Notes under the pieces: model-generated
Databases searched by the model: none
What the model was told of the DNA's origin: nothing
The model's input: only the letters and a program-made list of their open reading frames with translations
Position numbers and translations under genes: made by a program
Source: the human T2T-CHM13v2.0 reference genome, Homo sapiens
Length of the DNA stretch: 64,000 nt
NCBI RefSeq assembly: GCF_009914755.1
Contig: NC_060936.1
Strand: one strand, 5' to 3'
Shown: positions 55,202 through 64,000 of the stretch, piece by piece
Layout of the letters: every line of letters starts with the position of its first letter
How positions within the stretch are numbered: the stretch's first letter is position 1

Positions 55202-58200
55202 CTGGAAAAAAGGAAAAATATAAAATAATCCAATCTCAAAAATTAAACTTACCAGGAAATTACTATCTGCTGTTTTACTGGCAATAAAGCAGAAATCCTC
55301 AAGGAAATAAACCTCAAGAAAGATAACCGATAAATTGTCATGACTCTCTGAGGCCTCTTTAGAGACTTATGTCAGAAGCTGCAGTCTTAGGTCCATTCCT
55401 GAAAGTCAAGTGCACTTTCTTCTTTTAGAATATACAGTGCTTATAACCTTTCTGTTTATTATCATTTTCAAATGCAGTAGTAAAATGAATCATAATAAGA
55501 CTGATAATCAAAATCCATTAGGTTAAATTCTGGCAATTTAGTTTGAGCTCTTTTGTGTATATCACAGTATGTGCTATTGATTACTGTATTTGTTTTAAAT
55601 ATTTCTTATACATCTAGCTAAAAATGTCTGAAATTTGAGGGTCCCAGAACTTTTCCAATCTTAAAATTTTTGGAGAAATTTATTCACATTGTCTATTTTT
55701 CACATTCTATTTTTCAATTTAGAGAATCAACAAAATGCTTAAATTTAGATGGACCCAAGGCTTATGGTCTTATTTTTATAAAAGAAAATAGGATATACTA
55801 CCAAAAGGATTTTTTAAGTTTTTAATAAGACATTGTTTCAAAAGGATGAAGAAAAATCTTTTCATAAGCACATTTGATTCTTAAATCTGCTTAAAGATGA
55901 AAGAGTCGGAAAATTTTAGTTGGAAAGTATCATTACACTAGTTTTCAATAAACATGGTAATAAAGTACCCTATAATCAAAGTGCAGAAAAGGCTTCTCCA
56001 GGCATATTACTTATATGTAGATTTATAGCAAATTCATTTTATTGTTACAATAATGATGATAATAACAGTGACATAATGCTGTCCTATAAAATGAAATAAC
56101 AGATCTATCATCAGTAGGAAATATACTTAAAGCTGTTAGTTCTATTGAATTTGAGGCTCCTGCTGATTGACTATACTCTCTTTTTCAGTTATTCTTGTGA
56201 ACAAAGACAAGCACTTCCAAATATCTGGTAACATTAAAAAGGGGAGGTGAGGTTTGGGTGTTTGCAACAGCAGAAGACACTAACTTAAGAAAGTTCTTGT
56301 TTTGCCAAATGGGGCATTAGAACAAATGAACTAAAACATTTTCCATCAAATAGGTGACAGCTATTGTTTTTGTAGCAATGTATTTGAGACTTAATCAAGT
56401 AAACAGGTTTTATCATGGATAAGTTACATTTAAAAAAAAAAACAACTAGGCCATATTCATAAAGGACACAACTCTGTCTTTATCTCTTGGGCAGAGGCTC
56501 TAAGTTTCATGAAGAACAAAGATCAGATTTTAGTCACCTTCCTATGTCCAGGAAGGCGTTCCTAGCATATAATAAGCACTTCATAAATATCTGGCAAGAT
56601 GATAAATAAAAGAAATGATTATAAGACAGGCTTAAACTGTCTTGTTGTGATCAGTCTGGGTTCCTTTTTCCTGTGGCTGCTTACCTTAATGTCCCTTTAG
56701 GCATCAGGGTGAAGTTTCTAACATTATAACTCATCATCCTAGGAGCATTGTTTTCTTGTTGATTTATTTCACAGCTCCAGATAATTTATTTTAAAAAAAA
56801 GCAAAACACAGATCTAATCATATCAATTTCCTGCTTAAAATTATTCAATGTCCTTAAAGGCCCTCTATAACTTGGGCCTTTGCCACTTTCCAGTTTCATT
56901 TTAAGGTACTCTCTGCCTAGCTTTTCATACAGCTGTACTGACCTTCTTTCAATTCCAGTAACTCACACTTTCTTTTCATTTCTTTGAACATGCTTTTGTT
57001 TTTGTTTGTTTGTTTGTGTTCTCCTGAAAACAGTCTCAACACATGTGGTTAACAGTTTTAAGGTCTCAGTTTAAAAGTGCTATTGCCATCTACCCTTCTA
57101 GCTCCTAGTATTCTTTTTTATTGTACCAGTCCTCAAACTCATCTCTCTCCTCTTTTTTCCAGTTCTCTGAGCTAGTTCTCTAACAGGAGAAAACAGAGGC
57201 AATATTATCATACTAGTTCAATTTTTAAATCATTCTAGGTGTTCAGTATTTTGAAAGGCTTTTGGAAGGTCTAAGTAAGTCACAAAATAGGCATCAGTTC
57301 CTTTAAGCAATGAACCCTGTAGCTTCTCCTCCTGAATCTCCTGTGACTCTTGCATGTAATCTCATTAAAGAACTTGCATAAATAAGCCAGGTAAGAATTT
57401 TTTTAGAGAAAACCTATTACCCATCGCTCTGCTTCCTGGAGTGTTCTCTGTTGTCCTTTCCAATTACCCAGAGTCTATCTTTTTTCAGAGTTGAGCCAAA
57501 TCAAGCCCTTTGTAGTCACTCTGGAACTCATTTTACTTTCTTCTTAGATGAGATATTAAGAGAGAAGAGTGGTCACTGATATTCACTCACCTTAGCTTAT
57601 CTCTCCTCACCTCTCCACCTATTAGATCAAAACTTAGTAGACTGAGTTCTCATGCACCTCCTATTTCCATTATTGTTTTTACGAAATTACTTGTCCTCAG
57701 AAGCATGAATGTTCTATAAATAATTGTTGTTTAATAAATATTCAGTTATCCTGTAACTTATTATAATAAGGTCTGTTTAGCTAGCTTACCTTAATTATTT
57801 CTATAATACTTTATACTTGTGATATGATTTACTATACATATAATCCCTACTGCTTGTCTTATTTTATCTGCAAACCAAGCCTGTGATATAATCAGAAAAA
57901 TATCATTTATGCATATTTAGGTACAAATATGTATTTATTTAGAATGTTATTAAGGAAAACAGGTTTCCAAAATGAAGCAGCTTGTAATTATCTGTGAGTC
58001 CTAGGAATGTGGATTGTCTTATTCTTGGTCTAGGGTTCCTTCCACTACAATCTGTTGATCAAAGAATAATTGTTCTATATAGGCCAAATCATCCTTCATT
58101 GTAGATAAATGTCACATTGTTAGGCTGCCCATAATGACTCAGTGCAGTGATAGACTTTTAGACAACACTTTGAAACTCTGTATTTTGAGACATAAGGTCA

Positions 58201-58957
58201 AAAAAACAAGGAAATGGCCATTTATTCTTAATCAAATATATTTAATCTATTGATTTGATAATGCTTATTCTATGCATTGACTCCCCTGATATTTTACCAG
58301 TTCTTCTCCTTCTCCTTCTCCACCATCCTCATTATAATCATCATAACCATGTGAACACATAACATTGAAATAATAATTTCAGTTCACATGTAAAAATCAG
58401 AATCTTAAAAATGTGAAAAATAAGAACGATTTTCTCAATTAATGACTTACATATGTAAAAGTTCTTTGAGTGTTTTTATGCCTGCCGAACTTTTTCTCAT
58501 ATTCAATTGAGTATGGAAGTACTTAAAATATCAAATATTGTTTTTCCTTACATTTATATTGAAAAGAATTTAAGACACTTCAGGATTTTTTCAATTTGAA
58601 TTTTTATTTGAGAATCTGAAAAATGCTTTACCAGATATTCATTTATTCATTCTATAATATATCTTGAGAGCATACTATATGCAAGATAGTTTTTTAGGTG
58701 TTGAGATTATGGTAGTTATCAAAACAAATACAAACCCATCCTCTGGTGGAGTTAACTTTCTAAAGATGAACATAACACCAAGAAAGATGAACTTCTACTA
58801 AAAGCCTATGGTAGTGGAAAGTTTCAAACGGCTGCTATTATTCTGTGTTGCCTAGTAAATAAGTGACTAAATGAGTGTGTCCTTCTAGGGTTTCTAACAA
58901 CTTTAAATAAAACATCTCAAACACAAAAGGAAATTATGTGTGAATTATTAACATATA

Positions 58958-58989
58958 GATCTATCTATGTATCTATCTATGTATCTATG

Positions 58990-59032
<43 letters not shown>

Positions 59033-59040
59033 GATCTATC
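58958..59040. repeat. Compound (TATC/TATG)n tetranucleotide STR
   Basis: Seen directly: ~10 uninterrupted TATC units plus variant units. Confidence 0.97.
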
Positions 59041-59672
59041 AAGTAAGCTGCCATCCATTGCTTCTTTTTCTTAAGATGAGATAGTGAATCAAAGTAGATG
59101 AGTATGGCTAAATTTATTTGAAGTTTTTGTTTTCTTTTCTTTTATCTGATTCATTTCTCTTTTCCTCTTTTTTTTTTTTGCAATTACTTTACCGAAATAG
59201 GTAGATGCTAAGTGACCATAATCAATAATATTTGTTTAGTCACATAAGCATTGAACATATTTCTGCATGTTTCTACACTGAACACATATAGAAAATTTTA
59301 TGTCGAATTCAATTTCTGTATTGAACACATATAAAGAGAAGGGCTGACGCCTCTTCTTGAATGAGATGCAATCTCCCTGTACACAGTTCAATTTCTTCAA
59401 TTAAGAATCTTTTAATATATTTATATATATAATGAAATGCAGAATACAAAAGTTAACATTTTAATTTTTTATTGATTATCTACAGAAATAATCTCTAAGT
59501 TAAAAAGTTATTTTTGAATGTAAAAACTGCAAATCAGTGAAGAGTCAAAACATGATAATGACTAGTGAGCAATAGGAAGTACTGATTTATTTTAGTTGAG
59601 GACATATGAAACCATAAGGGAATTCATGTTGATTTTCAGTGAATTATAGATAAGCTTTTAGTTTAATGTTAC

Positions 59673-59764
59673 CTTGGTATTGTGGGTTCAATTAAAGAGC
59701 CAGTTCTCATTTTCAATTGGTCAAGTTCAGATCTCAGCTTTTCAATTTCTTCTGCTAATCTTTC
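59673..59764 (-). CDS. PPFIA2: PPFIA2 (liprin-alpha2) internal coding exon, 92 nt, ERLAEEIEKLRSELDQLKMRTGSLIEPTIP(R)
   Basis: Minus strand reads ttttag|GAAAGATTAGCA...ATACCAAG|gtaac. Phase 0 in, phase 2 out. Peptide matches recalled human liprin-alpha2 and joins in frame to the next exon. Confidence 0.96.
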
Positions 59765-60202
59765 CTAAAAAATCAAAACAGTGTTACTCAGATGCCAGTA
59801 ATATCAGCAAGCAATTATGATAAATGAGTCTTAATGATTTTTTTTAAAAAGGAAAAACTGAGGATATATTTTTATTAAAGGTTATTACACATAATAATAA
59901 AGCACGCCAAAATTTTCCCCTTGTAATAAAAAATGTGGATAGCAGAAATTAATAAAAATTTATCTACAATCTCTGGCATTCACTAATCCTGAATATTTGA
60001 AAATTCGTGGGAATATTAAAATTATGACTAGCTATGTAGATGTCACTTAAAAATGCAGAGTAGAAATCATATGCAGTTTTGAAAATAAAGAAAATGTCTT
60101 ATTTATGCAGTAAATGAAGAACTTTCATTATTCTATGAGGGTTAAAGGACATATGGGTGAAGGAAAAAGATGATTGGATTGAAAGAAAAAGGAAAGTAAA
60201 CC

Positions 60203-60329
60203 CTCTGGCTTTTACTCTGCATGAGATAGGCAACAATTGGAGGATTTTTTTAAAAAATATTAATTAATTAATTAATTTATTTATTTATTTAAAGACAGGG
60301 CCTCACTCTGTCACTGAGGCTGGAGTGCA
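60203..60329 (+). repeat. Dispersed ~125-bp copy of 61302-61419 (L2/AluJ junction)
   Basis: ctctggcttttactctgcatgagataggcaacaattg...aaagacaggg...tggagtgca is present at both positions. Confidence 0.92.
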
Positions 60330-60854
60330 CCTTAAAAAGTAAAGTTAATAACCAATTAGCTTGATATTGTCACCATTATTTGTACTTAATTATAATTTTC
60401 TCAAATTGGCATTTTCTGGTCTATAAATTTATGAAGATAGGGGTTGTCTTAGAGCTTTAATTAACTGCTCATGTAAGCATTCAATTTGGTTTTAATGATT
60501 ATAACTGTTATATTGTTTTACAGGTCTAAATGTATCATTCTAGATTTTTCTATTACTGTTTTTCCCCTTCCCAGTGGCCAGTGCTTGATATTTTACTTTA
60601 CTCAAACTTTTCTCACCACATTTTTTTTTGTTAATGTGGCCTTTGCAATGTTTCTCTTTTCTGTTCTTTTTATTCTCACTACGTCACTACCATCCTACTC
60701 TAAGCCCTTTTTATCTTTTTCCTGAATGATTTTTACCAGCTTCAGTCTCTTTCCTACACATTTCTCTGCTAGACATATAATTTCAAAACACATGTACAAT
60801 AAACTAATGTGTTGCTTTAAAATGTTCAATAGTTTCTTATTGATTTGTAAATAT

Positions 60855-62170
60855 CTTTGTTCATTATTTTCACAAAAGTGCGCTGAGTACCTCTTGTGTG
60901 TCAGGCACCTGAGATACAGTAGTGAGCTGACAAATGTCTTGCCCTCATGCAATTTAGAATTTAGTAGAAAAGATGAATAATAAACAAGTAGTAATATAGA
61001 AATATAGCATGTTGTTAGAAAGGAGAAAACAGGGGAGTCATGGAAGGGTTTTTCAATAAAGTGATACTTGGACAATGACCTAAATAAAGGAGAAATTAAA
61101 AAATGAGACTCTTAGGAAAAGGCATGGCAGATAAAAGCAACAACACGTGCATACGCCTCTTAGTGGAAATGGAGTAGAGGGTAAGGAGTCCAGTGTGGCT
61201 GGATTGCAGAGGTTAAATTGACAAATAGAGGATACTTTTTAAAAGTATGATTGCAGAACTCAGGAATGGTAGTCCTAAAAGAGGTTGTAAACCACTTCAA
61301 ACTCTGGCTTTTACTCTGCATGAGATAGGCAACAATTGAAGGATTTTAAAAAATTATTTTATTTATGTATTTATTTATTTAAAGACAGGGTCTCACTTTG
61401 CCACTGAAACTGGAGTGCAGTTCTGTGATCACAGTTCATTGCAGTCTTGAACTCCAGGGCTCAAGTAATCCTCTTGCCTCTGCCTTCCAAGTAGTTAGGA
61501 GGACTACAGGTGTGCACCACTGCACCTGGCTAATTTGTTTTTAATTTTTATTTTTGTAAAGATGGGGTCTTGCTATGTTTCCTGGATTTTCTAGCAGAGA
61601 AGTGGCATGATCATTCTAATGGCTGTGAAATAGATTGTCAAGTTGAATTGGGAGTCAGAAAAGAGAGGAAATTTTGAGGCAAGAGAGTAATGGTTTGGAC
61701 AAGAATGGTGTTAGGGTAAGAGTGGCTATATTTTGGCTATATCGTGAGAGTAGAAATAAGAGGATTTGATATTGGACTAGATGTGGGATATGAAACAAAC
61801 ATAGGGGTCAAGACTAAGTCCAAGTTTTTTAGCCTGAGTAACTGAAAGAAAGAAAGAAATTGTAATTATGATTGACTGAGAAGACTGCTGGTGTGTTAGG
61901 TTAGATGGTGGTGGTGTTTGATGTGTGGGAGTGGGGTGAGAATAGACTGGCATGTTACATTTGAGGTACCTAGGTGTCCAAATGGAGATATTGAGTTGGC
62001 AATAGAATATATAAACTCTCTCAGGGAAGAGGACCCAGTAGGTAATCTAAATTTGGATGTGCTCAATTTATAGATGGTGTTTAAATCCAGGAGATCAGAT
62101 GAAGTCACTAGGGGTGAATCAGAGAGAAGAAAGGAAAGCTACCTAGAAACTTCAAATTGTAGAGATAAAG
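60855..62170 (-). mobile_element. L2 (L2a-like) LINE 3' portion interrupted by an AluJ
   Basis: Reverse L2 terminus (gctgagtacctcttgtgtgtcaggcac) and typical motifs (ggggtcaagactaagtccaagttttttagcctgagtaactg; atagatggtgtttaaatcc). Confidence 0.8.
61356..61582 (-). mobile_element. AluJ, 5'-truncated
   Basis: (TTTA)n tail, then agacagggtctcact...ggctcaagtaatcctc...ggggtcttgctatgtt. Confidence 0.9.
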
Positions 62171-62943
62171 ATGGAAAGGGAAACACTGAGAAAAGAGTTT
62201 GAGCCTACAGAGGGTTTTGCTGATAATGGACTGTGAGTACAGTTAGTTTAGTGGAAATTTGAGGAATTATAGAAGATGTGGTCAGATTAGTGAATGTGCC
62301 CATCTAAATGGGATGATAGTTCAGACATGAGATATGATCTGGGATTTACTCTCTCTGGAGACTGACATAAGCAAGGATGCAAAGCATGGCATGATTAGTA
62401 CTCTTGGTTGCTTAGGCAGATTGTTGGAGTTACAAGGCTTTGGTAGGTGGTGGGGGAGTGGGTTCTGGGGATATTGCCAGGAGCACACAGAGCTTTGGAT
62501 AACATAACATGCATAACAGCATCACGTCCAAAATTCACAATCTGCTCAAAAACTACTTCTTTAAATACATACCAGTCACAGTAAACTTCTGATGATTCAT
62601 CAAATCAATCATCTTGATTTTCTTTGTGCCGTTGCAGAGGATTCATCCTCTACTTAGAATGCTCTACCTTTATGAAGATCATATATGTCTTTAAGAGGCT
62701 ACTAAAAATGTAATCTCTGTGTTGTTTTTGTGAACTACCTCAGAAAGAATCAGATACTATATTCTAGGCCCCACATTACATTGTTCTAAAGACCTATCTT
62801 TCAGGAGATTGTGGACACCTTGACTGTAGAATTAGTTATTTTTAATTGCTTCATAATATGCAGCATCCAGTAGGGTTAAATGTATAATTGTTCTCTTTCC
62901 TCTATTCTTCATCTTTTCCAATACCTTCTATATCCCATACTAT

Positions 62944-63120
62944 CCCTCCCTCCCTCCCTCCCTCCCTTCCTTCCTTCCTTCCTTCCTTCCTTCCTTCCTT
63001 CCTTCCTTCCTTCCCTCCCTCTTCCCTTTCCTTCCCTTCCCTTCCCTCCCTTCTTTCTTCCCCCTCTCCCTTCTTTCCTTCATTCTCTTTTTCCCTTCCT
63101 TCTCTCTCTCCATTTCTTCT
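62944..63120. repeat. Polypyrimidine (CCCT)n/(CCTT)n microsatellite and low-complexity tract
   Basis: Seen directly. Source of the spurious ORFs at 62880-63188. Confidence 0.97.
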
Positions 63121-63759
63121 ATCTTTTCTCAACATACAGTTATAGATCACTTCTTAAGTTAGCAATCCTTTCTTCTTTAAAAAAATAAGATAAAATTGCT
63201 AACAATAACTTTAAAGGCTAATGAAGAAGGAAAATACTATTAGCAATTACCATTAAAATTTCACAATCTGCCCTTAGTTTCCTCTTCTACCACATACCCT
63301 ACAACAGGAATAATTGATTCCAGCCAAATAGTTGTGCCTATTATTTAAAATGTCACACTCATTACCCATCCCCTCACCCCACCAAGCACCTGTGATCATG
63401 CCACATGCACTATGTTTGAAAGCCTGGGGTCAGAGTCCTACTTTCCCTTAAATCTTCAGTCAAGTCCCTCCTTCCTGAAGTCTTCTTCACAGCAGCAATA
63501 TATCATGGTCTTTCCTACCTGTAGCTCTTACTGCCTACTTCACTAATTTGGCATTTGGCATCTGCTACCCTGCATCCTCATTGGTTTGTAAGGGCTGTGT
63601 TCTCTCTCCTCAGTTAGATTTTTTTAGCTCCTTTGGAACTAGGATTATGTTTGGACATATATAACTTAGCATAATTCTATTTATAATAGTATTTAATGTA
63701 TTTCTGCTGAAAGAATATCTAAAACTGACATAAATTAGCGCATATATTTTAATTCTATT

Positions 63760-63965
63760 TATATAAGGCATAAAGCAAGGCAAAACCATTTTTTAATGTT
63801 ATAAGTCAAGATAGTGATTATCCTTTAATGGAAGAGTATGAGTATAGACTAATTTGGGGGGAGTTTCTGAAGTGCTAATTTTTGGTGAATTTGGGTTACA
63901 AAGATTCATGAAGCTCTTCCTCTCTATGTACGCTTTTCTGCACATATTCTAAAAAGTTAAAATTG
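63760..63965 (+). mobile_element. Old L1 (L1ME-like) 3' fragment
   Basis: ggcaaaacc...aagtcaagatagtgattatcctt...tatgtacgcttttctg resembles L1ME 3' UTR motifs. Confidence 0.55.
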
Positions 63966-64000
63966 TTTTACAAAGATAGCATACTAAAATTATTTTTTCA

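Noticed and set aside
62880-63188. ORFs rich in PSFL / GRKE repeats
   Set aside because: Artefacts of the (CCTT)n microsatellite.

Overview
Primate (human-like) genomic DNA: AT-rich and dense in Alu, L2 and MIR repeats. The window lies inside PPFIA2 (liprin-alpha2) on the minus strand. Eight coding exons with canonical AG/GT ends can be traced: 59673-59764, 55066-55201, 50103-50323, 44517-44754, 41643-41672, 38061-38191, 36163-36317 and 22754-22847. They total 1097 nt, their phases join without a break, and they encode ERLAEEIEKL...AEKDRRLKK, from the end of the coiled-coil region to just before the SAM domains. The rest is intron. It holds many Alus, a full-length Tigger1 with two nested Alus, Tigger3a, MER30/MER33/MER20, MER65/MER74/MLT1 LTRs, L1/L2/MIR fragments and STRs. 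Most ORFs in the supplied track are spurious. Best leads: (1) a well-formed in-frame 9-nt microexon at 9136-9144; (2) a frame-compatible 25-nt candidate exon only 51 nt upstream of exon 55066-55201, a mutually exclusive geometry; (3) an unexplained GC/CpG-rich ~0.9 kb island at 26140-27058 with a 188-codon nearly open frame and a weak, unverified resemblance to bornavirus nucleoprotein; (4) a ~120-bp inverted duplication inside an MLT1 LTR; (5) a ~125-bp locally templated insertion; (6) inverted Alu pairs around exons, suggesting circRNA potential. Repeat-family names and protein comparisons are from memory and were not searched.
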